Shown here one piece after another: positions 25,299 through 38,599 of a DNA stretch of 64,000 nucleotides (position 1 is the stretch's first letter; each line of letters opens with the position of its first letter). The stretch lies in NCBI GenBank assembly GCA_016748015.1, contig JAAOMT010000735.1, positions 186,001-250,000 on the forward strand, in the 5' to 3' direction. The DNA is from Geosiphon pyriformis uo1. Taxonomy: Eukaryota > Fungi > Glomeromycota. The notes beneath the pieces are model-generated. The model saw only the letters and a list, made by a program, of their open reading frames with translations, searched no databases and had not been told where the DNA came from. Made by a program: the position numbers and the translations under genes.

Positions 25299-26549
25299 AA
25301 ACAATATTAGCATCTGAGGATCTCGAACTTTGTCAATCTTTTGTCTCCCATCGAGAAACAAACTATAAACTATAAACTATAAACTATAAACAACTTAAAT
25401 CTGTCAATTTATAAGGAATTCACGCGATATCTTCTGTGCGCTCGTACATAAGGAGTCTATATTATCATTTCAAAATTTACTTATTTATTTAGAATTTCCG
25501 CTTTTTGAATTAAAAATAAAAACCCTTTTTTCGCCGAATGAATAGTGAATTCTCCGACTGCATTTTAAATGAAAAAAGGTTTTGATTTTCGATTCAATAA
25601 AATGAATTAAAATTCAATCAAGTAATCGGAAAAATCTTCAATAGTATTCTTCATTTATAGAAAAAATAAACTTTTCTTTATTAATTCATTTCAGGAAAAT
25701 CATTAGAAATCGGAAAAAAAAATTCCGATGAAATTGATCGTGAAGTTTCCCCGTTTCATTAAATAAGTTGATATTTAAAACCTTATTTATATTTGTCGTC
25801 ACATTATGTGAATTTTAATTGTTTTACCATCTTTACATAAATCTTATACAAGGATTACCGATTTAGATAACTCTAGATTTTGAGGAGCACGTTGTTGAGA
25901 ATTATTATTAAAAAAAAAAAAATGCAGTTTCTCATAAAAAAAAAATTTTACTTTAAGCATTTTACCGAGAAAAACATTTCTTTTTCTTATAAATATTATA
26001 AGCATGAATTTTTTTCCACGAATGGTTCAATTTTCACTGTATGCATTTAATTTTAATAAAAAATTTACGGTTTTTTTTTGCTAGTCAAAATTTTAATTGC
26101 TGTATAAATATAGTACAAAAGGAAAAACCTTTAAATTATAAAAATTTACCAATTGGATAAATTGGGAATCATTGATTCATATATAAACTGTATTACGCGA
26201 GATTTACATAATATTTTTTCACAATCAGGCAAAAAAAAATCTTATGTAAAATGGGAAGGCTCGTGCACTTTTATAATCCAAATTTATGAGATGATGTAAT
26301 ATCTGTTCGATGCGATGAATGAATTTTTTTAAGGTTTTAATTAATCCCGTTGACAAACCTGAGTTATAAACACATTATTAATCATTTGACATATGTGACA
26401 GGAATTTGGTTGATGGATCGAAATTAGCGATTAATTTACCAAGAAATAATTTTATGTAAAGATTAGTGATATTTCAATAGTTCATTGTTAATCGTTACAT
26501 ATAAATTTAAAAGATTAATAGAAAATAGTAAGAATAATAGAATAATAGA

Positions 26550-26641
26550 AAATAATAATAATAATGGTAATAGTAATAGTAATAGTAATAATAATAGTAA
26601 TAGTAATGGTAATAGTAATGGTAATAGTAATAGTAATAGTA

Positions 26642-26672
<31 letters not shown>

Positions 26673-26674
26673 TG

Positions 26675-26706
<32 letters not shown>

Positions 26707-26717
26707 TGTAATAATAA
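26550..26717. repeat. Compound (AAT)/(AATAGT) microsatellite
   Basis: Directly visible. It generates the spurious low-complexity ORFs at 26485-26860. Confidence 0.9.
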
Positions 26718-27185
26718 AGAATAGTGGTAAAAGCATTTAATTGAAAAAAAAAAAACTTTTTATGAAAATTCCTAAAAGTTAAAATTTCTCGATTAAAGAA
26801 ATTTGTATCATCAACATATATGAAAAATTTATTTTTTTTTTCAATTTCTGATTCCTTCAACTCACGATTTGGCTAAAATACTTTTTGATGTAAATTGACC
26901 TACAAAAGATTCAATTTCAAGATTTAAAAAGCTACCTCAAATAGGAATTAAAAGAAGTATATCCATAACACCAATCGGGAAATTTACTTTGGAATTCATT
27001 ACCCTGATGCAGCATTATTTGTTATTATGTCAGAGGTATCGTAATACTTTTGTTAACAAAAACACACATATCGGACAAATATGAGCAAACATTTATAATT
27101 TAAATGAAGAAAAGAAGGACCATATTTAGAAAAGAAAACGAATAGTGTATCAAAATCGATTTACTGGAGTTATTGTTGTTATTCA

Positions 27186-27255
<70 letters not shown>

Positions 27256-27276
27256 ATTCATGTTGTTGTTGTTGTT
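27186..27276. repeat. (GTT)n microsatellite
   Basis: Directly visible, upstream of the HMG-box gene. Confidence 0.95.
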
Positions 27277-27804
27277 AATTCATGATGTTTGATCTGTGGT
27301 TCATCGAATTCATATGCCATCCGTAATACCGATGTGAATTACTCGAGATGCATAGCATAGATCAGAGTAAGCGTAAAGAATCCATGGTTTCAAAAGTAAT
27401 TTTTTTTTTCTTTTCAAGTAGATATAATAATAATAATAATAATATTGTTATTGTTATTTTTAAAAATAGTTAATTATAATGATATGAGATCTCCAAATAG
27501 ACATTTAATTCAAAGTTAGTTTTTTCTTCGAAATTATCACCCAGATCTCAATATATTGTGCAAGTCCTCAGAGTACATTATCTAACTTTGTATTCTCGCA
27601 AAAAGCAAAAAATTTGTCATAAAATTCGTTACATTGCATAAAACAAAATGGAAAAAAAACCTCTATAAAAATAAAGATACCCATAGATGACATTCTCAAT
27701 TTTAGATATGATAGAAAAGGTTTAGTTATTTTTTTTGAAAAGACTACTCTCATTTCAATCTCCTATTTTTGAAAGCCTCACTTTCTTTCCTTGTCCTAAA
27801 TTCA

Positions 27805-27957
27805 TTCAATTCAATTCAATTCAATTCAATTCAATTCAATTCAATTTAATTCAATTCAATTCAATTCAACTCTGCGCAATTGGGAGCATCTCCCTCTTTC
27901 TCTCTTTCTCTCTTTCTTTCTTTCTCTCTCTCTCTTTCTCTTTTTCTCTCTTTTTCT
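27805..27957. repeat. (ATTCA)n pentamer array followed by a CT-rich pyrimidine tract in the HMG gene upstream region
   Basis: Directly visible 150-300 bp before the ATG at 28106. CT-rich boxes are common near fungal transcription starts. Confidence 0.85.
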
Positions 27958-28105
27958 CACTCGAAAATTTCACAATTCTCACATCTAATTGAAAAAATAA
28001 GCCAAAAATTTTTAAGTTTGAATTCCTTTTTGTTACAAAAAACTTTATCATTACTACTTTCTTTATTTCTCCCAAAGATCGACAACTATTTTTCTCTTTG
28101 AATTA

Positions 28106-29314
28106 ATGGCTGAATTAATGCACACATCATCTGAATTCGATTTTCCTTTAAGGATATCAAAACCTCATTTTCCACCAAAATTCACCGTTGAAGAACTTTT
28201 ATCAAATGCCCTTAAAATTTTTCATCAAGGTGGTAAACCTCCTAAAATTCCGAATGCTTTCATGGTCTATCGAATGGTTCTTCGAAAAGAACTTGGAGAA
28301 AATTATGAAAATAATTTACCAGACATGCGTGATCTTTCGGCAATAGCGGCAAAGCTTTGGAAACTAGAGCCGAGTTATGTGAGATCAAAGTATCAACAAC
28401 TTGTGATTTCTGCAAAAAATCAATTTGAACAAATTGTTAATGCTCCTCGTTCATTTCAAATTGTCCAAGAAGATCCTTCTTGTGAAAATTTCCCTAACAA
28501 TTATAATAATTGTTCAGCATTCGGTGGTGGTGGTGGTGGTGGTAATGGGGACAATTTAAATGATTACATGGTGAATTGGAAAACTTGTAAGACTCCACTG
28601 AAATCAACCATGAATAAAAACCGTTCTTCAACAAAAGGTTTTAACAAGATTGTTAAAAAAACAATTACAAAAGATTCCAGTACTCAGACCGAGATACAAA
28701 GTTTTCAACATGTTGTTCCCGTACAAAATCTAGTCAATGAGTCAACTGATCCAGTGATATTAAATTCTCAGATCAATTATTCAGGAGATTGGATCAGTAA
28801 TAATAGTAATAATAATAATAATAATAATGATAATAATAACAATAACAATAACAATAACAATAACAATAACAATAACAATAACAATAACAATAACAATAAC
28901 AATAACCATAACAATAACAACAACAATAATAATAATAATAACATTGAAAATAATAATAGTAGTAATAATAATAATAATCATAATCATAACCATAACCATA
29001 ATCATAATAGTAATAATAACGTTATTAATCAATTTATTTATGCCAATCCATCACCAAACATTGATGGATCAACGCGACATTCTTTTGATGTCATTCCTCC
29101 TTATTTTCTTTACCCGACAAATCTTGATATGACTCCATCAGTTTATCGTGAAAATGTGGAAAATCGTATGCTTTACCTGGAACAAAATATGGAAAGAGTT
29201 ATCGATATTCCAAATAATCCATATCCGAGTGGTAATTTTGAAGAGCGTTTAGTACGGTTGGAGCAACTTTTTGAATCATTTTTTCCAAGCCACAGTTCAC
29301 TATCTCTTTTGTAA
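28106..29314 (+). CDS. MATA-type HMG-box transcription factor, 402 aa, intronless, with a poly-Asn tract
   Basis: HMG box PPKIPNAFMVYRMVLRKEL...MRDLSAIAAKLWKLEPSYVRSKYQQL. The N-terminal KPHFPPKFTVEELL is typical of the expanded Glomeromycotina MATA-HMG family. Two C-terminal ExR(M/L)xxLEQ repeats. The long ORF is intact. Confidence 0.93.
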   Translation: MAELMHTSSEFDFPLRISKPHFPPKFTVEELLSNALKIFHQGGKPPKIPNAFMVYRMVLRKELGENYENNLPDMRDLSAIAAKLWKLEPSYVRSKYQQLVISAKNQFEQIVNAPRSFQIVQEDPSCENFPNNYNNCSAFGGGGGGGNGDNLNDYMVNWKTCKTPLKSTMNKNRSSTKGFNKIVKKTITKDSSTQTEIQSFQHVVPVQNLVNESTDPVILNSQINYSGDWISNNSNNNNNNNDNNNNNNNNNNNNNNNNNNNNNNNNNHNNNNNNNNNNNIENNNSSNNNNNHNHNHNHNHNSNNNVINQFIYANPSPNIDGSTRHSFDVIPPYFLYPTNLDMTPSVYRENVENRMLYLEQNMERVIDIPNNPYPSGNFEERLVRLEQLFESFFPSHSSLSLL

Positions 29315-29325
29315 AAACTCTATCA

Positions 29326-29326
<1 letters not shown>

Positions 29327-29399
<73 letters not shown>

Positions 29400-29538
29400 N
29401 NNNNNNNNNNNNNNNNNNNNNNNNNNNNNNNNNNNNNNNNNNNNNNNNNNNNNNNNNNNNNNNNNNNNNNNNNNNNNNNNNNNNNNNNNNNNNNNNNNNN
29501 NNNNNNNNNTTTTTTTTTTTTTTTTTTTTTTTTTTTTG
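29327..29538. other. Assembly gap (110 N, 29400-29509) flanked by (CT)n and poly(T)
   Basis: The run of N is directly visible between two simple repeats. Confidence 0.99.
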
Positions 29539-30357
29539 GGTGTAGTGGTCTATCAAAGAATTGATTATCGTTCGATCTTGAAACTATTGTTAATAAGGTT
29601 CAGAGTGTGAACTCATTTTATAATTTACAATCGGCCGAGATAGCAAATATAAACCGAATCTTTCAAAATCATCATTAATTTAAATGACCATTTGAAGAGC
29701 ATTAAAGCTTTAAATATTTTATAATGCTTATCAAATAAAATTTTTAAAATCATTATTATCTAGAAAATCATGTTATTCTTTCCTTTTCTTTTAGTTGTTT
29801 GACGAAAACAATACAAAAAAAAACAAAAACAAAAACAAAAACAAAAACGGAAAACTCTTCTTTAATTATTGACGAAAACAAAAAACAAAAAAAAAAACTT
29901 GTTCTATTCAGTATTGAAATGTGGGGAATTTAAAAAAAAATATTGAAAACAAATAAATAAAACCAAAAAAAAAAATATTCAATTATATCAAATCCAAAAA
30001 TATTAAGTGTGTAAATCTTAAATGGTTATTACATTTAATTTAATTTAATTTATTATTGTTTGTTTTAATATTCTAAAAAAGCTGACTATTAAAATTGAAA
30101 AAAATTATTATTATAAATAGTACAAAACAAAAGTTAATAGTTTACAAATCTCCTGAATTTTTTTTTTAATTATTAAAGATCTTTACTATTTTCTATCTTC
30201 ATTTATTTTATTTCATATTTAGATTTCATGAATTTCTTTTTTTTTTTGGTTATGCATAAATGTCTTTTTTTCATTTTGTGTATTGTGTTTTTTGGTAAAA
30301 ATTCTAAATCGCCGAATCTTTTCATCGGGATAAATTTTCTGAACTGGTTTTTTTTCA

Positions 30358-30360
<3 letters not shown>

Positions 30361-30425
<65 letters not shown>
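30361..30425. repeat. (AAT)n microsatellite
   Basis: Directly visible. Similar tracts lie at ~34523-34574 (AAT), ~36527-36570 (GTT) and ~37343-37389 (ATT). Confidence 0.9.
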
Positions 30426-30942
30426 GGATTGCAACAACAAAATGAAAAAATTTGAACTGTTTACGTGTAAATATTACGTAAAGGTAAACATTATAAAGTA
30501 AATTTGTATATATGGATGTACAAGGATTATCAAAACTGGTTCAATATTTGTAACTCAATGCTATTGCTTTTAGGTGGGTAAGCAAGAAAAAATAATAAAA
30601 ATAATAATAATAATACCAAAAATAAGTGCAAAAAACCATGTTTTTAAGAGAGGAATAATATATCGTAATTAACAATGGAAAAAATTATTTTGAATATTGG
30701 AAGAGAAAAAGGAAACTTTGTTCTTCCAGATGTCCAGATGTCCAGATGAAAAAAAAAAAAAAAAAAAATCAAGTTCGAAATCCGTTATTGCATTTAGAGC
30801 TAGTTTGTTTGCTATTGTGAAACAATGAAAATGAATTTTGTTTATTGGTTTAGTTCCTTTTTTTGTATCGGGATTTTTTTTAAATGATCAACGTCACACT
30901 TTTATTGTACAAAATCGAAAAGTCATCAAAGATAGCAATGTA

Positions 30943-31092
30943 CAGACGGGTCACACAAAATTTAGGATGATTTCCTCAAAATCGTGAAAGAATAAAAGAG
31001 CGATTTGAAAATTTGAAATGTATACACAAATGGGTCCCCAAAATGATCTTTGTAAAAATTAATGAACGATTAGAATTAACAAAAAAATACTA

Positions 31093-31123
<31 letters not shown>

Positions 31124-31958
31124 TTATTATTTTTAAAAAGAAATCATGGTGGTCGAAAATCTATTGTGGATAAACGTTTTCAACATCGAATTCCCCAAAA
31201 TAAATTTCTATGTCCACTCGTAACTCTAAAAAAAATATTAAATTCTATGTAAGAGGATTGGCGACGTGTTCTTTGGATAGACGACGAATTCCTTTACAAT
31301 CACTGATTCCTATGGAAATTTTCGTGTTATGCTGTCATAAAATTGAGCTTTACAATTCTCTGATCTGATCATACACGAACAACCGTTAAAAGTGTGACGG
31401 TATGAGGATGTATTAGCAGATAAAGGTTTATGAATCATTTAATTCATACCCCTTCACGTATGGTTTGTGAAGCTTATGGAAGCATTATTATTAGATATAG
31501 TTTATCAAATAATTATGATCACTATTTCAAAAAAAGATAACGCTTCAATTCACAAGTTCAAGCTTGTGAAAGAACTTTAAATTAATCTTAGAATTATGAC
31601 TTTTGAATGGCCTTCAGAATCGCCAGATCTGAATTCGAATAGAAAATATGTGGGAGGGAAGTTAAAAATTACGAAAGCTACGAACAGAAGCTGACTCTTT
31701 ACTGCGTGTAATGCTATTCCATTAGAGATTATTCTTTAATTTATTTACTCGATGCCAAACCATTTTTAAAAGGTTATGCAACCCATCGGTAGATATTTTA
31801 TTTTTCAATGTTTAAAGTTTTAGTGAAAAAAAAAATTTTTTTACTTTTATTGAAAATTTATATATATATATATATGTATGGGGTAATATATAATCGGTAA
31901 CATTTTTTATCTTGAAAAAATTCTCCTAATTTTGTGTGACCCCCCCCCCCCCCATCTG
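30943..31958 (+). mobile_element. Tc1/mariner DNA transposon, internally deleted and degenerate
   Basis: Left end TA|CAGACGGGTCACACAAAATTTAGGA; right end TCCTAATTTTGTGTGAC(C)nATCTG|TA (TIRs with TA TSD). Transposase remnants DNASIHK (~31537) and FEWPSESPDLN/IENMW (~31602-31655). Confidence 0.85.
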
Positions 31959-33155
31959 TACAACTTAATATGATTTTATCGAGATAATTATTTCAAATAT
32001 ATTCTCGATTCTCACCCTTTCATCAAATTTCTTGGCAAAAAAAAGGATTCTTAAAATGTTTGAGTTTTTTGATGTACTAAATACTTTTAAAGTCATCTAT
32101 TGTTTTCAGAGTTCATATATAGTAATTAATATAAATATATGAAATATTTAGAATAAACTATTCTTTTTGGTTAATGAGTTTAATTAGTGTGAATATGAAT
32201 TAATATCAACGAAAAAATAGGAGTTAAAAGACTCTAATAAATAATAACTTGTTCAAATTTTAAAAGAAGTTGAAACCAATTAATTATTTTGGGTAGAAAA
32301 CAGTTTTTTTTTTGTTTTGTTTTTTTTGTTTTTTTTTTGAACATCTGTACTATTAAAAAAAATTTATTTTTTCTACTCCCTTTGCCGAAATCTGGGGGGT
32401 TTTTTTTTATTAGGTTCTATGAAAATTTCATATTTTATCAAAGTTAATCACCTTAAAAAAAAATTAAAAAAAATAAAATAAATGTCGCATGATAATTTTT
32501 CACAAGATTATCATAATCTCTAACAACAAAAATTCATTCATATTCTATTTTCAAATTGTGGTTGTAAATTTTTTAAAAATTCATCTTTTGCAAAACTGGA
32601 TTGAAATCTCGAGAATTTCTGTTAAATATTTATTTGAAGACCAAGATTTATATCAATCAAAATGCAATTTCTTTCAAATCATATTGTTAAGTACTATTAA
32701 TTATAATAAATGTATATATATATATATATATTGAAATTTTAATTAAAATAAAACATGTTTCGACTCGTATTTTATTTATAAAAAATTATCACAGTAAAAT
32801 CTACGGGGAAACTACAGAAAAATTTTTTTTGGGTGTTTTTATCCCCAAAAAATTAAGTAAAAACCGATACTTTGATGAGGTTTTATGTGAATAGTTTCTC
32901 ATAAGGACATGTAAAAGAAATTATTTTCTTGCGTAAGAGGATATAATAAATCTTGTAATATATTTGTATATCTTTTTTTTAAAAAATATAAATTCGGAAT
33001 GTCAGATGCATTTATATAAATGAAATGAATTTTTCAGATTAAAAAAATTTCTTTATTGAGAATATCTTTGAGGAAAGCTTTTTTCTATAAAATTTTCATT
33101 GAAAAAAGTATATATTATAAACGTAAAAAAACAGGAATATATTTTTTTTAATGTC

Positions 33156-33197
<42 letters not shown>

Positions 33198-33477
33198 TAG
33201 GGCTAAATCCTCAATAACAGATAAAAAAAATTAATATTTAATACAAAACGTTTTCATTTATTAACACTTTTAAGAATAAAAATTGATAATCCAAAAAACA
33301 TCAATAATTAATTTGCGTAATAGTGGACCTGAAGTTCAAAAAATTTCAAAATAGAGTTTTCTCTGTTTTTTTTTAAACTAATTTATTTTAAAAATTCAAA
33401 TAGTTAGATCAAGTTTAGATTTCCTCGTGTTTATTATTGTTTTTTAACAATTTAAAAACTTTTTTCTGTCAATTTAC

Positions 33478-33508
<31 letters not shown>

Positions 33509-34522
33509 CGAGTTCATAAAGTAAATTTATAATAGATTATGTTGATTGCCTACTTTAATTTTGAATTTGCCCGAATGGAAAAAAAAAGATTTAATGGCTA
33601 AAAATTGAATGGGTTCAATAGAGTATTTTTGTTAGATAACTTTGAGCATTTTTTATCCTAAAATCTTTTACCCTGGGATTTTAAACTGATAAAATCTTGT
33701 ATAATAAGATATAATGGACAAAATTCCTAGTGATTTCAAAAGTCATTTGATGGCAAAATTTTTAAAAAATCTTGTCAATTTGGTAAGTTCCTCATTTTTG
33801 ATAATTCGAAAGGAGCTAGTCAAATTTGACTATGTGATAATTTTCCAAATGTTAAATATCCTGTCAAAAAAAGAAAGACCGAGATATTGTTTTTTTCTTT
33901 TCAAGAATCTTTTTACATGGATAATCTTTTCGAAATCGATTCAACCCTGTAAAGAAAGGATTTACCTATGACGCAAAAAAGATTTTCTCGATTCGTGACA
34001 GGCTCCTTTTGGCATTTGCATAAAAGTCTATGGTATCCAATTTTTTTGATTGGCTATTCATAAAGCTCACGTTTTGCCCGATTTTAATGATGAAAAACTG
34101 TCTAAAAGAAACTTTTGGATAGTATCTAAATTTTGTTCCTATTAAAAATTCTTTTTTGAACCGATTAGCATAAAAAGCTTTGGCATTATAAATTTTTAAT
34201 GAAAATAATATCGTTTGAAGATTTGAATCGTTTTTTATTGAATATTAGAGAGAAAGAAATGAAAAAGTTTTATCTCGAAAAGTTTCTGAGATTAATTAAA
34301 AAACAGCTTAGAATAACAATAAAATTTGGACTTTAAATTTAAATATTGGTTTACTTACTTAATTAAATAAATAAATAGATTTATTTAATTAATGTTCTTT
34401 TTTTTAAAAATACAAATAAATTTAAGAAATAATAAGTAAAGTTAAAAGAATGATAATAATTAATAAAATAAAATAAAATAAGAATTGTATATATAAATTA
34501 TTTTTAAATTATCATAAATTAC

Positions 34523-34576
<54 letters not shown>

Positions 34577-36526
34577 AATTTAATTAAAAAAATATGTAAA
34601 TTTTAATTGTATTAATAGTATTTCAAATATACTTGATAATAATTATACATAGAAATATGTTTCATTTCAAAAAAAAATAATTGTATTATGTTTATTATTA
34701 AAATTCTAATTAAATTTAACTTTTATTATTTTTACTGCTAATTGTACATTTTTTTTTTATAACTATTACCGAATGAAATATTGAATTTAAAAAACTTAAA
34801 AATTATGTTTTTAACGAAATGACTCATTTATAAGTATCCTAATAATGTGGATAAAAGTTTAACAAAATATAAATATTCTATCAAAAATATTACGATTAAA
34901 AACCAAAATATCTATATTTTTCCATTGTTAATATTTTTTAATGACCTTAGCTTGTTTTTACGTATAATCTTTCAATTTTTTAAATTTTATAAGAGGAAAA
35001 ACAGTAAAAACAAAAACCAAATGTATAACCTTTGCTAAAATGAAAAGTTAATGAAAATAAACTCATCACGCTCTTTGTTGTTATGATAAAAAATTGATAA
35101 GACAACCTTTTATTACAAATAAAAATGTTATTATATTCATATGAATTTCAGTTCAAATTATTAAATATTATCTTTGCTATAGCTGTGAAAAGTTTCATTA
35201 TTTAAAAATTATAAATGTTCTTTAAATTTAATTTTTAACTTATACAATGATATATAATGAAATATTTCAAAAAAAATTATTTAAATTTTTACAAATGGTT
35301 TTAAAAAGAATGAATTTAATTTATATATCTTAAATTTAACTTAGCTTATTCAAGCCTTTTTTTCAAGATTTTATTTATTTCAAAATTAAAGTTTTAATAT
35401 GATTTTTTAAAATAAAATATTAACTGTCATTACTAATAATGATTTAAAATTTTCTTTTAGGTAAAAAAAAACAACTTTGTTTTTATTAAAGGAATTTCCC
35501 TTTTTGAAAAAATATCAGCAAGTAAATTGACTAATTATACAGTTTTTATTTTAAAATCTAAATTAAAATCAATATATTATTATTATTATTATTATCGAAA
35601 TTTATCAAAAAACTAATAATGTGATTTAAAAAACTTTTATTATAATTATTATGAAATCTCTGTTTATATATATGGTTTAAATCTTTTTATCGTGTTTCTT
35701 TTTATAACATTATTTTTGAAATGATGAAATAATTTAATCTAAATTTTTTGATTGTTAATTTTGATTTCAAATCACTTTTTACTGTTAAAAAAAATTATTC
35801 TAATTATATGTTGTTTTTTTTTTTATCAAAGACTTCTAATGGATTTGAACGATAATTATTATTTAAAGCTTTTTTTATGACGTAAAAAATAAAAGATGAA
35901 TCTTCAGAATTTAAAATTGTTCCATAATATTATTGATCTAAAGCAACACTCCTCATGTCATAGATCTTGAAAAATTCATCCTTTAAAAGAAATACGCTCC
36001 CAAGCTCATGGGTGAGCTAAGAATAGACTTGAGTTTGTCAATTGATTTCTGTGAGGTGAATATATTTCGGCATTTGACATGCGAGGACTCTCCTGACAAT
36101 ATGATAAAGTTTCTATTGTTTCTAACTTATGTTTTGATACGGTTAAATTAGCTGGGAGGTTTTCAGTGTTTTCACACGTTAGACTGTTTCCATTCTTCTC
36201 ATTTAATCCTTTATTCGAGAAAATTGAGCGTGCCTCTCGACATTGAAAAGATGTTATTTTGTTTTTTGTGTTCATGATAAACTCTCCTTTTAAATTTTAG
36301 AAAGTGATTAAGATGTGAAATGAGTTGATCTTTCGAAATCGTTTTCAAAAACAGAGAGCTTTTTTGATTATAAAAAAGTCTTTGATACAAAGATTTTACT
36401 CTTGAGAAACATTTGAAAAAATGATGCCCCATTTTATAATTAATCAGATACCTCGGCCGAGAATTATTTATGATAATGAAATTTCATTAAAATAAAATGT
36501 AAATGTTGTTGTGGTGGTAGTTGTCG

Positions 36527-36571
<45 letters not shown>

Positions 36572-37331
36572 TATGATAAATCGACTAAATAAACTATTTT
36601 TATCTTATATATAAATGGTTTACTGGTTTTTGACTGGTCGATTAAAAAAGTATAGTTTTTAAAAATTCCCAAATTTCGAATTCTATTGACTGCAAAAAAA
36701 AGTTAGCTGATGATGATGATGAATAACTCGAAATTCTTAAATCAACAAAATATACGACAACATGTGACATGGAATATTTAAGAACCTTATTTTTTGTTTC
36801 AATCAATACATTCAGATTTAATTTTTTCAAAATAAGTATGAAAAATGAAGGTCCTTTTTACAGCTGAAATCAATTTGAAAAAAGGAAATGAACCACATCC
36901 CGCAGATATGTGTAAAAGGAATACTCTTATTTAATTTATCCCCGTCAAAAAAAAAAAAAAAAAGTATTTCTAATGGAACCGTGATAAACCAAAATAGGGG
37001 AGGAAAAAAAAATAAAAAAATATTAATCTAATCCAAGAAAGCTTTAATCCCTTAATTCTTATTTTTATATGGGATAATTATCTATCACCATGAGGTTGCG
37101 AAAATCTTTGACTGCTTTCTATTCACTTAAAATGATTTATCTCTTCATTTTATTAAACAAAAAAAAAGCAAGACAGTAACTTTTTAAGCTAGCATCGACT
37201 CCCATTGAAAAATATTTTAAAATCCATTCTCAAATGTTTATTAACTTTAACTGGTCCCAAATCCATACAGGTAGCCATAATCTATATTCATTATGACTTT
37301 TAACTTGTAGATTGTTTAATCCTTATTTTGT

Positions 37332-37389
<58 letters not shown>

Positions 37390-38599
37390 CTAAAAAATTT
37401 TTAAAATTATAGTTAAAGTTTTCCGAAAGCAATTTTCAAAGGTCTTTGATTGGAAAATGATTTAGATTAGACTTTATTATATAATCATAATCAACATCAT
37501 CATAATTCATCATTAATTGTAAGCAACATTGCTTTTTGCTGAAAAAGGAACATGTTGAATAGTTTTTTTTTTTTAAAAAAAAAACAAAACCAAAAACAAA
37601 ATGCATCGACGGATCTAGAGAATTAGAAAAGTGTTATTAAGATCAGATCAGGTAATGAATTGCAAAATCTTCGTTTGATTGTTTGTCGCTTAAGATTTCC
37701 CTGATTATGAAAGAAAACAAAAAATATCATTTCAAATAAATCAAAATTGTAAATCAACCCTTCTTTTAATCTTTTTAATTGTTAGATTACTAGCTTTTTA
37801 ATTAATAAACTAGCTTCCCCAAAAATCGTCTAAGCTGGAATTCAAATGATCAAATGGCCATCTATATGTACTAAGAATCCTTTTTTTTTCTCTCACCATT
37901 ACTATCACTCCTCCCTCCTATACCCAACTGGGGTAGAAGGGGTAAAAAATTGAATGCCATTGACATATTCTGGATTTCAAATGATTCCTTTAATTGTTAT
38001 AGAAATTTTGACGTCATTTGCCAAATCCGTTATTTCTATAAGAAAAAAACAATACGCCCAACCATCTAAAATATTTAAAAGGTTAAACATCAAATAAATC
38101 ACGAACAGATGATAGGATAAAAGAAAGGAAAATATTTGGTTGGGTGTGTAAAAGTTAAAAAAAAAATAATGTTGGGAATTTCTTTCAGAAAAATCTTTTC
38201 TGGGATCACACATATTTAATAATATCATCGATGATTATCATTTCCCTATTTTTCATTGAATATCTAAAGAGGAATAGTAGTAAAAAGTAAGTCATGGATA
38301 AGTTCTCATATAAACTGGTTACAAGAGTGTCAATAAAAAAATATTTCGAAAATATATTATTATTATTATTATTATTATTATTGTTACATATTTTAATATC
38401 TATTATTTTTAAAATAGTTTATAAAATTGAATATGTGAAAATTATAAAATTACTTGATCTTCAATTCAATTCAATTAAAACATTTCTATAAAAGTAAAAA
38501 ATCGTGTACTGCATTACGTTATAAAAAATTGATTAAAAATAAATAAATAAATAAATAATAAATAATAAATAATAAATAAATAAATAAATAATAAATAAA

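Noticed and set aside
26485-27992. Poly-N/Y/I and QFNSI ORFs (also 28781-29132, 29271-29564, 30219-30440)
   Set aside because: These are microsatellite, antisense or gap-spanning artefacts.
28106-29314. Mating-type locus
   Set aside because: MATA-HMG genes are a large family in Glomeromycotina. No homeodomain pair, RNA helicase or triose-phosphate transporter neighbours are visible.
33600-34200. FYMDNLF resembling a piggyBac motif, and ORF 33714-33971
   Set aside because: It is an isolated match with no TIRs or other transposase motifs.
36006-36432. Two overlapping minus-strand ORFs (73 and 89 aa) that might be one gene
   Set aside because: I found no splice solution joining them in frame and no recognisable motif. 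A small gene or pseudogene cannot be excluded without RNA-seq.
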